Shown in pieces: positions 1 to 15,692 of a stretch of DNA of 64,000 nt (its first letter is position 1; every line of letters starts with the position of its first letter). Made by a program: the position numbers and the translations under genes. The stretch lies in assembly GCF_009914755.1 (NCBI RefSeq), contig NC_060938.1; one strand, given 5' to 3'. This DNA is from the human T2T-CHM13v2.0 reference genome, Homo sapiens. Under the pieces are notes generated by a model. That model was not told the origin of the DNA, ran no database searches, and saw only the letters and a list, made by a program, of their open reading frames with translations.

Positions 1-258
1 GAGGTGGGTGGATTCTTTGAGGTCAGGAGTTCGAGACCAGCCTGGCCAACGTGGTGAAACCCTGCCTGTACAAAAAATACAAAAATTAGCCGGGCATAGT
101 GGCAGGTGCCTATAGTCCCAGCTACTGGGGAGGCTGAGGCTAAGGCAGGAGAATCACTTGAACCCAGGGAGTGGAGGTTGCAGCGAGCCGAGATCGTGCC
201 ACGGAACTCCAGCCTGAGCCACAGAGCGAGACTCTATCTCAACAAACAAACAAACAAA
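1..258 (+). mobile_element. Alu (AluS-type), cut by the window start, (AAAC)n tail
   Basis: gaggtcaggagttcgagaccagcctggccaac, A-rich linker, right monomer. Confidence 0.95.
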
Positions 259-424
259 AGCCACAACACTTTAATTCTAATATCCTGATACATTGTTTTC
301 TAGGCTAAAAGGTAGATGATGATTATAAAGGTTTATGGACTCATATTACCTGGCTGTGAAAAAGAAACTGCATAATTGCAGCTAAGAGGATGGCTTCCTT
401 GGGAACTAAGGGACAGGTACTAGT

Positions 425-575
425 TTTTATTGAGTACCAACCATATGCTGAGTTCTTGTGAGGCGAGTCTTATATTAATATTTACTGTCGAAGAAACTGA
501 GGCTTAGATAAGAGACTTGTCCAACATCACACAGCTGGCACCACTGGACTTCACCGAAAGTAACTGAGCTCTTTC
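425..575 (-). mobile_element. MIR fragment
   Basis: gaaactgaggc...acttgtccaacatcacacagct = reverse complement of the MIR core. Confidence 0.65.
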
Positions 576-939
576 CAGGCTGGAAAGCAAATATAGACCC
601 AACAAAATCCCTGCCTTCAGGGAGGGCACAGTCTCTCGGGGAGGAAGACCGGTCCCTGTGGTCAGTGCTGGACTGGGGCAGGTCTGGGGCGACAAGAGAC
701 TTCTACCTAAGCTCGGGTAAATTTCCTTCTAAGGTGAAATAAAGCCCCACTCCAGCTGGGTGTACCTCGGGGTTTGGTGACCATCTTATTCTGTTCCCCC
801 AAGGGTCACTCTCATGCATGTCAACATTTTTGTCTTTTGATGGCAGTCCTGGCCTCCCCCACCCCAATCCCAGTGGTCAGTTCAACAATGCGTGAACCAC
901 TTTCTTCTTGGCCATTTCATAGTTGCCTCTTTCAGGTGA

Positions 940-1349
<410 letters not shown>

Positions 1350-2308
1350 TGAAAGAAGAAATCCTGAAAAGCTAGTCACAGGCTTTGCAGATTCAGCTCC
1401 CCGCCAGCCCCCAAATCCTTCCCTTCTAGCCCTATTCACTGCAGTATTTATAGCCCAAATGTGAAACGTATAATTATTCTCCTTCTCTGCCTTTCTTTTC
1501 TTGAAATAAAGACTTAGTCCACCCTTCTATTTGCATAACACCACCTGAGAAGAAATCTCCTTGGGGCCCAGGGACTTGAGCGTCTGAACTCCCTGACTTC
1601 ATACAGAGTTACTGAAAAAGCTCTGTTCCTCTTTGAAGGCACAGAAGAAACCAGAAGAGACTTCCCTCAAATGCATTCCCTTCAAGCAGCTGAAACCTTT
1701 GCATTTCTAAAGCGGCCTCTAGCCCAGGCTCCAGAGACACCCCTTCCCTCATTAGAAAGGAAGGGAACTGTGAGGGGAGTCCAAGGTCACAGTTCCTGGT
1801 GCTCATGAAACAAGCAGGAGTGAAACATTCAGCTTCTTAGGGAAGGGCTTTTTGGGTCGGTGCCTGGTCAAGTGGGCCAGACCCTGCTCTGCTTCAGGTG
1901 GGTGGGAGGGTCGGTGGCCCCTGCAGCTGAACCCCATCCCTGACTGGGCTCCTGCACAAGGAGCAGACGATCCACGTGGGGCCTTAGAGTTTCTACCCCT
2001 CCCACACACAGGACTTGCAGTTCTTTCATTCGGATTTGCCAAAAGGGGGATTTTCTTTCCTCATAAACTGACAGATAAACAATGAGATTTACTAAATTAG
2101 TTACATAAATAGAAAAGCTGTTCACAAGTATAACACAGAGGTGTGGATTTCATTTTGCAGCCAATTCCTCCTTACTAGGAAATTTATACTAGAAGTCTAG
2201 CCAGGCAGGGGTGGCTAAACTAAGAGAAGTCATTCGTATTTACCTTCATTTTTAAAATCTAAACATTTACTTGAAAAGCCCAGAAGTGTTTTTAAAAATG
2301 ACCTTTGG

Positions 2309-3408
2309 AAAGAAAAGCCACAGACTGGAAGAAAATATTTGTAAAACACATATCTGATAAAGGTCTTATAACTAAAATATACAAAGAACTCTTACAACTC
2401 AACAATAAGAAAGCAAACAAACCAATTAAAACATGGGCAGAAGATCCGCACTGACACCTCGAAGATACGCAAATGGCAAATAAGCACATGAAAAGATGCT
2501 CAACATCATATGCCATTAGGGAATTATAAATTAAAACAATGAGCTACCTGCACACACCTATTAGAGTGGCTGAAATCCAAAACACGGAGAACACCAAATG
2601 CTGGCGAGGATGTGGAGCAAAAGGAACTCTCATTCACTGCTGGTGCAAACGCAGAATTGGTGCAACCACTTTGGAAGACGGTTTGGCAATTTCTCATGAA
2701 GCCAAACTTACTCTTACCATGTAATCCAGCAAGCACATGTCTTGGTATTGACCCAGATGAATTGAAAACTTATGTCCACACGAAAGTTGATAGCAGCTTT
2801 TTTCATAATCACCCCAAATTGGAAGAAACCAAGATGTCTTTCAATAGGTGAATGGATAAACTATGATATATTCAAAAGGTGGAATATTATTTAGCGATGA
2901 AAAGAAATGAGCTGTCAATCCATGAAAAGACAGGGAGGAACCTTAAATGTATTTTGCTAAGTGAAGGAAGCCAGTCTGCAAAAGCGACATACTGCATGAT
3001 TCCAACTATGTAACATTCTGGAGAAGGTAAAGGAGGGAGATCATCAAAAGATCTACGGTTGCCAGGGCTGCAGGGAGGAGAGAGGGAGAAACGGTGCAGC
3101 ACAAGGAATTACGAGGGTGGTGAAACGTTGCCCTATGATACTGTTAATGATAGATACACGATATTATGCATCTGTCAAAACCCATAGAACTATACAACCA
3201 AAGAATGAACCTTAAACTGTAGACTTTTTTAAATAACAATGTATCATTTTGGTTTATCAATTGTAATAAGTGTACTACACTAATGCAAGTTATTAACAAT
3301 AGGGGAAACTGTCAGGGAGGCGGTACACAGGGTGAGGCAGTGTGGAGAAGAGGGAATATATAGAAACTGTACCTATACTCAACTTTTCTGTGAAACTAAA
3401 AATTAAAA
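2309..3408 (+). mobile_element. Old L1 3' end (ORF2 C-terminus + 3'UTR, L1MC-like)
   Basis: aaagccacagactggaagaaaatatttg..., ...[10 protein letters not shown]... remnant, 3'UTR aaacccatagaactatacaacc; degenerate. Confidence 0.85.
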
Positions 3409-3414
3409 TCTATT

Positions 3415-3711
<297 letters not shown>

Positions 3712-3769
3712 CTACTAATTTTTTTAAAGGCCTATGACCCCATTTCTTCTTTTTAATCACATAAAACAA

Positions 3770-5304
<1,535 letters not shown>

Positions 5305-5757
5305 TTCTTAGTCTGTTTGTACCTCTGCAACAGAATACTACAGACTTCATAATTTATAAAGAACAGAAATTTATTTCTCACATTTCTGGAGGATGGAAAG
5401 TCTAAGATCAAGGTGCTGGCAGGTTCAGTGTCTAGTGAGGCCCTGTCTCTGCTTCCAAGATGGCGGCAGTTTCAGTGTCTGGTGAGGGCCCTGTCTCTGC
5501 TTCCAAGATGGCGCTTTGTTGCTCTGTCCACCAGAGGAGAGAAACGCTGTGTCCTCACATGGTGGAAGGGACAGAGCTGGTGGAAGGGGGGCAAACTCCC
5601 TCTATCACACCCTTCTATGAGAGCATTTAATCCCATTCATGAGGGCAGAGCTCTCATGCCTCAACCATCTCCTAAAGGCCACAGTTCTTAATACTGTTGC
5701 ATTGGGATTAAATTTCAACATGAATTTCGGAGAGGACAAAAACATTCAAATCGGAGA
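5305..5757 (-). mobile_element. MaLR LTR (MSTD/MLT1A-like)
   Basis: aacagaaatttatttctcacatttctggagg...aagatcaaggtgctggcagg...tttcaacatgaattt. Confidence 0.8.
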
Positions 5758-6109
5758 AGTAGACATTCCAGTCCATTCTATTCCCTCATTTCACATACCT
5801 CCCAACAAGGTAACCCTCATTTATGATTTAGTGTGCACACTTCTTTACACTTCTTTGTTTTTTCCCTTAATTTTCTACAAATATATTTAGATAGACACAC
5901 ACACACACACACGGCATCACACATTTAAAAGAAATAAAGATGAAATCATGTTTTACATCTTAGTTTGCGACTTACTCATTTCACTTAGATTATGAACCTT
6001 TATCCAGGCTATTTGTGTAGATCTAAACCTTTTAAAAACCAGGGCAACGTAGCAAAACCCTGTCTCTATTTTTTAAAAAAAGAAAACCAGGGCTGCTTAC
6101 ATCCTATGT

Positions 6110-6720
6110 GCACTAACAATGGTCATTAGGCAGGGTTTGATTGCTAAAGAAGATTCAAAGAGTTCAAGTTGACAGTGCTTACAAAGCTACTGCTTATTGC
6201 AGCAAACCATTCATTTAATGCAACAGCAGTTAAGTAAGACATCAAGGGATCCAGAGAGGGCAGGTGCAAGCTCCAATTGTTCCACCTCTGGAAGAGCCAC
6301 GCAAGACATACCTTCTCTCTAGAGTCACCTGTGTGTCACAGAACACCTCAGAACTGGGAAGCCCAAGCTGGAGTTTCCAGCAGGGTGTCATATACCCCTC
6401 TGCTCATGTAGGCATGTTTCTTGCTGTGTCACCAGCCCCAAAAGCACAGTCCTCCAGGGGTCTCACCAAGACCAGGAACAAATCATCAATCTCACTGTTA
6501 TCAATACACAATGCTGAACAAAGTAAAAATAAAAATAAACACTGCTGATAAGCCAGTACAAACCACGTTGAAATCCCTCAGACTCATGGTTACAAAACAG
6601 CACTGTTAATGAGTATCTTTAATGCCTTGACCAGGGCTCAGTGCTGTGCAGGAATAGCTCTTATTTCGGTAAATCAGCCTATGTCAATTCCAGGCCTGCT
6701 GGAGTTAACCCTTGCAACAA
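6110..6720. mobile_element. Possible old ERVL-class LTR (MER21/MER68/MER77-like)
   Basis: Weak resemblance (gcaggtgcaagctcc..., ends gagttaacccttgcaaca); family uncertain. Confidence 0.3.
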
Positions 6721-6786
6721 CCATGGTTGTTTTATATATATAAAACAAACAAAAGCTGCCACAATAGAGGTCTGAGAAGGAAGCTC

Positions 6787-7145
6787 TATGTTACTTCATT
6801 CTCACACTGCTGTAAAGATACTACCCGAGACTGGGTAATTTATGAAGAAAGAGGTTTAACTGACCCACAGTTCCGCATGGCTTGGGAGGCCTCAGGAAAC
6901 TTACAATCATGGCAGAAGGTGAAGGGGAAGCAAAGCACCTTCTTCACAAGGCAGCAGGAGAGAGAAGCATGAAGGAGGAACTTCCAAACACTTATAAAAC
7001 CATGAGATCTCGTGAGAACTCACTCTCTATCACGAGAACAGCATGGGGGAAATCAACCCCATGATCCAATCATCTCTTTCCCTTGACATGTAGGGATCAC
7101 ATTTTGAGATGAGATTTGGGTGGGACACAAAGCCAAACCATATCA
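6787..7145 (-). mobile_element. THE1/MSTA-type solo LTR
   Basis: gagactgggtaatttat...ggaggcctcaggaaacttacaatcatggcagaagg...agccaaaccatatca; 5-bp TSD-like agctc/tgctc. Confidence 0.9.
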
Positions 7146-7355
7146 TGCTCCAACTTCATGATGAATTCTGATGGGTCAGCGTGAATGCCTGGGAGTGCCA
7201 AGTCTCGAGAAGACCTCACCTCTGAATATTACCTCTCTGCTGAGCACCCAGATGTCCCTCTCTGCTAAAAAGACCTCTTTCCTTTCCTACCACTCACCCC
7301 AACTTGGCTAGGCTTAAGCATGATTGACAGACAGAGGTTAAGAAACACCATCTGA

Positions 7356-8046
<691 letters not shown>

Positions 8047-9239
8047 TCATGTGTGCAACTGGGATGCAGAGTGGGGTTGGGTAGGAAGCCTGCCAAACTG
8101 CCTATGGGAGCCAATAATGGTCACCCGAATAGGACACAATGCTGCCAATGGACTATATGTGTAGTTTCATATGTGTAAAATACATACAACCTTCAATGCA
8201 TGTTGTTGGTTTTTGCTATAACTCTTGAGAGACTGGAAAAACATCATCTGTCATCATAGGATTTAACCCTTGCTTAAGATCCGGCGGCAGCTTCTGGTGG
8301 GCTTCCCTAGTGCGGCGTCCCTGCCCCGTCTTGCTCTGGCCCCTCTCATTCTCTGCTCCAGCCAGACTGAACAGCTCTTACTTCCTTCTAAACGCTTCCA
8401 ACATTTTAATCTTGGCTCTACCTTGGAATGCCCAGGGTTATGTGACTTGCCCAAGGACAAAATAAGGATGTAGTGGAGTTGATATTCAAAGCCGGATTTA
8501 TCTCACTCCAAAGCAAGGACAAAGAATTCCCTTAGGAAATCAGCGGTGGCCCATCTATTTGTGTGGAGAAACAAGAGTTGCTTATAATTCTGGGTAGTGG
8601 GATGTCCCCATCGCTTCACCTAGTCAACACCTGTGTCTCATTTAAAACTCAATTCAGGCATCGCTGCACTTTCAGTGGGTTGTTTTTTTTTTTTAGGTTT
8701 GAAGCTCATTTAACAACGAGCAAAGGGGTTGCAGAGTAAGAACGCTGATGTTTTTCTCTGGGAATAGGTGGCCACATCCAAAGACAAAGAAATGTTCGAA
8801 GTCTTTGCATTTGGAGAGAAAACACCATGCCCATTGCTGCAGCCTGAATTCCCAATGAGTAGTGCCTCTGTCTGGAGTTAAAGGATGATGTACCATGTGG
8901 AACCAGGATGTGGTAACTCCTTAAACCCTGCCACTCTTTCACACCTTTGATATGACTCATTTTGATGAAATTCAACGAACTCAGAGCACCTGCTCATGCA
9001 GCAGAATATTTTTGAGCTAGAAAGCTCCACGACTTCCTCTCCCTAAGACTGCAGAAAGCTTAGCCCCAGGCTATGAAGAGAGCCAGCAGAATGACCACTG
9101 GCACCAGAGGACACTGGTCTTGCCCGCCCACCCTTCGCTGTGCCGGCTCCTCACCCCTGTGCTGGGTGCAGTAGAGGCTGGTCCTCCAAGTCTCACTTGG
9201 GACTTGCCCAAGTGAGAGACACTAGGGCAAAAAATATAG

Positions 9240-9595
<356 letters not shown>

Positions 9596-9655
9596 TGCTG
9601 GCAGACCACCAATTCGTATATACTGACTGATGTCAGTTTCAGGAAATCAAAAAAA

Positions 9656-9732
<77 letters not shown>
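9656..9732. repeat. (TATATG)n hexamer microsatellite
   Basis: About 12-13 perfect units. Confidence 0.97.
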
Positions 9733-10030
9733 ATCTAAATTTCCATCCATTTCTACATCTGTCCAGAAGGATATTCATTAAAATATTAACAGCAGTTCTC
9801 TCTGGATGGCAGGATTATAATTATTTGACTCACATATTTCCAGACCTCCCAAATTTTCCAAAGTTCCTGTGCATTAGCTACATGAGCTGAAGAACAAGCC
9901 CAAAGCCCATTCTTTTTTAAATAGCTGAGACTCCAAGTCTAGGGGATGCTCCGAGTGACGGACAAAGCCCTTCCTTCGAGGATGATTCTAGGAAGATCCT
10001 GGGGCGTCAGCCTTCTCTGGGCAGCGTCTT

Positions 10031-10049
10031 TGCTGCCCTCTGCTGGTCA
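10031..10049 (-). promoter_or_regulatory. CTCF binding motif
   Basis: Minus strand reads TGACCAGCAGAGGGCAGCA, a near-perfect match to the CTCF core CCASYAGRKGGCRS, in non-repeat sequence. Confidence 0.75.
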
Positions 10050-10204
10050 TTTGGAAGCTCGGCAAGTCCAAGTCCAGCCCCTTTCTTGTGGAGCAGTTTC
10101 TTCTTTAGGTTTGCCCTCTGAGGCCCAATTTCTTAGAACTGTTTTCGTTTTGTTTCATTTTTCTGAGATAGAGAATCCTTTTAAACTTAAAAAAAAAAGA
10201 AAAG

Positions 10205-10589
<385 letters not shown>

Positions 10590-10929
10590 TCATTCTTTTA
10601 AAAACCCAAACCACTCAGCCTCCATTTCACAGCCAGAGAGAGCTGCAGTGTCATTGCTGGAGGGGACCCAGGGCGCGTTCACCTGCTGATTTCTCACTGT
10701 TGATTGAGGATCAGTCTTTGGTTTTGGTCAGCGTCATTACTGCCAAAGCCACCAGCACACCTGCCAAGATGCAAAGGATGGTGTTTCTCACGGAGTCAGA
10801 GGAGGCCGTCTGCTCCGTGCCCTTACAGAATGCCAAGAAGTCATGGCTGGTGCTGGAGCCCTCAACCCCAGAACACCTTAAGACTGTGTGGCTTTAACAA
10901 TTTACACCACCTCTCTGTTCCTTCATCTG

Positions 10930-11100
10930 CAGCATGGAATTGTAACCATGCCTTCCTAGATTTAAACTCCAGTTCCACCATGTACCAGCTGATAATCTTG
11001 GACATGTTACCGACACCTCTGTGCCTCAGTTTCTTCATCTGTAAAATGTGGGGGGGAAGTAATTCATAGGGCTATGAGTATGGAATTAATTAATAATTGT
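10930..11100 (+). mobile_element. MIR fragment
   Basis: ctctgtgcctcagtttcttcatctgtaaaatg core. Confidence 0.75.
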
Positions 11101-11269
11101 GAATAATTAGAAAAGTGCCTGGAGCATAAATAGTTCTCGGTAAATGTTTATTATTATTGTTACTGTTACCAGTTACCAAAGCATATTATTAGTTAAATGT
11201 CATTCTATGAATGCATACAGTTTGGAGTAAGGGATTTATTATCTGATAAGCCTTTTGTATTAGGAACCA

Positions 11270-11445
11270 TCCTAGGTTCTATTTATTTAATACTCTCTGC
11301 AACCCTTCAAGGAAGATATTCTTTTCCTCATTTTACAAATGAGGAAACTAAAATGCAAAGATATTAAATAACTTGCCCAAGATCACACAGCCAGGAAATA
11401 TGGAGCCAGGGTTTGATCCCATTATTTGCCTCAGAGCCTCTGTTC
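11270..11445 (-). mobile_element. MIR fragment
   Basis: cattttacaaatgaggaaact...acttgcccaagatcacacagc. Confidence 0.75.
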
Positions 11446-11498
11446 TTTCCTGTCCATTTGGTTGAATGCTACCCACTAAAGTTAGGTTGGTTGTTAGT

Positions 11499-11620
11499 CT
11501 TTTTTTTCCAGACAGAGTCTCACTATGTTGTCCAGGCTGGTCACACACTCCTAGGCTCAAGTGATCCTCCCACCTCAGCCTCCCAAGTAGCTGGGAATAC
11601 AGGCACATGTCACCGCTTTT
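11499..11620 (-). mobile_element. FLAM/Alu monomer
   Basis: Single diverged monomer. Confidence 0.8.
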
Positions 11621-11667
11621 ACTAATTTTTTTTTCTGGCATACTTTATCTCCCACTCCTACTTGGTT

Positions 11668-12032
11668 ATAAGTTAGGGTAATACCAATTGCTGTAACAGA
11701 TAAACTCCAAATCTCCATGGCTTTACAACAAACTTTATTTCTCATGCATGCAATAACTCCCCATTGGTGGACAGGTCTTCCATGTGGTGATTCAGGGATC
11801 CAGGCTCTTTGGTCTTGTGGTTCTACTTTCCTCTGGGACATTGGAGTCTTCTGCATTTAGCTAGTGAATGAGCAAAGAATATGGGCCAGGCCTGGAAGTG
11901 GTGCTTCTCAACTGTCCACATTACATTAACTTAAAACTCAGTGGCGTAGTCACACCTCACTGCAAAGGAGGCTAGGAAATGTAGTCTTGTTCTGTGTCCA
12001 GGAGGCAGAGGAAACATGAGAGCTAGTCTGCC
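11668..12032 (-). mobile_element. Old MaLR LTR (MLT1J/K/L-like)
   Basis: gattcagggatccaggctc...ggccaggcctggaagtgg...ctgcaaaggaggctaggaaatgtagtc. Confidence 0.6.
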
Positions 12033-12074
12033 ATGCCGGCCTATGTCTTATAGAGCCTTGCTGTCTTAATTTAA

Positions 12075-12605
<531 letters not shown>

Positions 12606-13480
12606 TGATGAATTCCCAGCTGTGACATGGAGCCTGGCACAAGCCAGTGTTAAATAGTTGTTCGATGGATGATGTCTGGGATAATGACTGAGGGGGCAGA
12701 GGAAGTGGTTGCGATTGGTCTCTTGGGCTCCCCCCAGAGTGGTGTGCTCCCCTCCTCCGCTTTCAGTCAGTTTCAGAACCATGGGACAGCTTGTCCGGGA
12801 ACAGGGCTGGAAAACCCTCTGAGGTTGAGGTTGGGGCCTCTGTTCTTTAAGAGTGGAACTGAGACGTTGCGTGTGGTCACAGGTTGTCTGCACCTCTGCA
12901 CCTGGCACCAAGGAGGACCCCACACAGACGTTCCCTCCATCAGTGAATTCCAGCACATGTACCCTACAGAGCCCGGCTTTGAACTTAGGCAACATAAACC
13001 ACCACCATAAGGATAAAGCAATAGATTGCACTTACTTATTTACGATTTAAGTCTTGTTCACTCCCCAAAATTTTTGCAGTAGCTTACAAAGTGAACACAA
13101 TGAGAAAGAAGCTTGAATAGAAGAGAAAAACCGGTCAAAGTGATATTAGATCACTGAAAATCTGATGGCTCCAGGAATAACAAGATAAGTGGTGTTTAAT
13201 TTTTATTCTTTGTTTCTAAGTCTTTATTTTGGGACAAGTTTTAGTTTTTTATAGCTGACCTCTTTTTGTCCTCCTTTCCCCCCTCAATGCCTCTGGGTAG
13301 CTGGTATTTGCAAGTCTTGGCATATAACAGATCAGGACTGGGGAGGGGCCTGTGGTCAAGTCTTGGCCTCTCTTTTTGGGGTTCCAAGCACCTCTTCAGA
13401 CCCAACCCCTCAAGCTCATCTATCGCTCCTTTTCCCTGACTACAGCTCCCTCTCCACAGCCTGATATTAAGATGACGGTT

Positions 13481-13812
<332 letters not shown>

Positions 13813-15447
13813 TCATGAACAAAACCATAGTCCTTACATACTGTGTATGAGAAACCTCATTTAACAAGACAAGGGGATGGTACAGCATGGTGGTAGGGCA
13901 AGAAATCCCAGCCTGGCACCTCCTGGCTGGCGATCTTGGCAAGTCACTTCATGGCTCTGAGCCTCCATTGACTCATCTATGAAATAAGATCATGGGACCC
14001 AGATGATCTGAAAATGCCCTCAGAGGGGCAACATATTACATCAGGTGGACTTGAAGGAGGACAAGTGAATCAGTCTGCTGCTCTCATTAGCAGCTTGGCG
14101 GTGGGGAGGGTCGCTAAGCCTGCGGGGAGAGGGAGGAAAGAGGGATGGCACCTGTGGGGGCACCTGACTTGGGGCTCTTTGTGGAGAGGAGTCTAGGGCA
14201 TGTGTCATCTCATCATGTTCTGGGGGTAGCTGAGTTTAGGGGAGGGGAGCCACCGTTTCTCCCAGGGACCTCTCCCCTCTTTATGCATGTTGATTACAGG
14301 GACCCTACAGATTGACTTTGGAATGGGAGAGTGGGAGTCTTGTCTCTGGGCTCGCGCCCCTGGAGAAAGGGAGGGTAAGGTGCAGCTTGGGGCCTGGGCT
14401 GAAGTAAGCCTGGCCTGTGCCCCTAATGAGGCAGGGAATCTGAGGGAGGACGGAGGTATCTGTAGGCTGAGGTGCACCAGGCCTCAGCGAGATTTATATT
14501 CTAGAAACTTCTCTGGCCCCCACACAGGCCAATTCTGTGCTGATTCATAAAAGAGAAGAAGAAGAAGGAAAAAAAAAACACTCTAGGTTCCAAAGGAGCA
14601 AATTTGTGTGAGTTTTACAAAGTCAACCTGAGCTGGAGAAGGGGTTTCCCCCAAACTCTCCCTGCACACCCAGCAATTCACTAAGAGCCTGGGAGTGTGC
14701 TGGGAGGTGGGCTGGGAGGAGGCGGGGATGGAGAGTGGGGAGGGGGACTGGGGAGGGTGCTTGTCTTCTCCTAGGACATTTATCACCAGGTTGACAGTCC
14801 GTGACCCCCCGCTTCTCATAGACTTTCCGCTATGTCACTCTGAGGCTGCAAAGCCCTGCTTGAAACCAACTTCTCTACCCTGTAGTATAATGCATCAATG
14901 TACAAAAACAACAGAAATATTTACCAAGGGGAAAAACATCCCCGATAATCTTATCACCCCATCAGATGAACTGTTTCCATTTTTCTGGGCTTCCTTCCAT
15001 CCCAGTCTTCATAGTTGAATCATAAATCAACTACACTTATGGTATTAACTTTTTTTTTCTTTCCTAACGTGGTGTGATATTGGGCGAGTTTCAGTTTCCT
15101 CATCTGTAAGATGAGACCCTCATAATACCCGCCTCACACAGTGGAGTGAGCCTCAAATGAGATTCTGATTGTAAAGCACTTGGCATGGGGCCTGGCATAT
15201 AATAGGTGCTCAATGAATGATTAGAATTTTTCAACTCTTTATATTATTGTGATAAAGAAAGTTGGAACTATTGTACTAACTTTAAAAGAAGCCTGGTTAT
15301 AGTGAAATATCTTATATGATTATCCATTAAAGGTTTGCATCAGCAGATGTACATGTGCCCTATTATTCCACAACTAGGGGAGCCAGCCCCTGTCCATGTG
15401 GTCATTTTGGGGGTGGGGATGGGGCAAGGTGGTCTCATTATAGCTGA

Positions 15448-15692
<245 letters not shown>

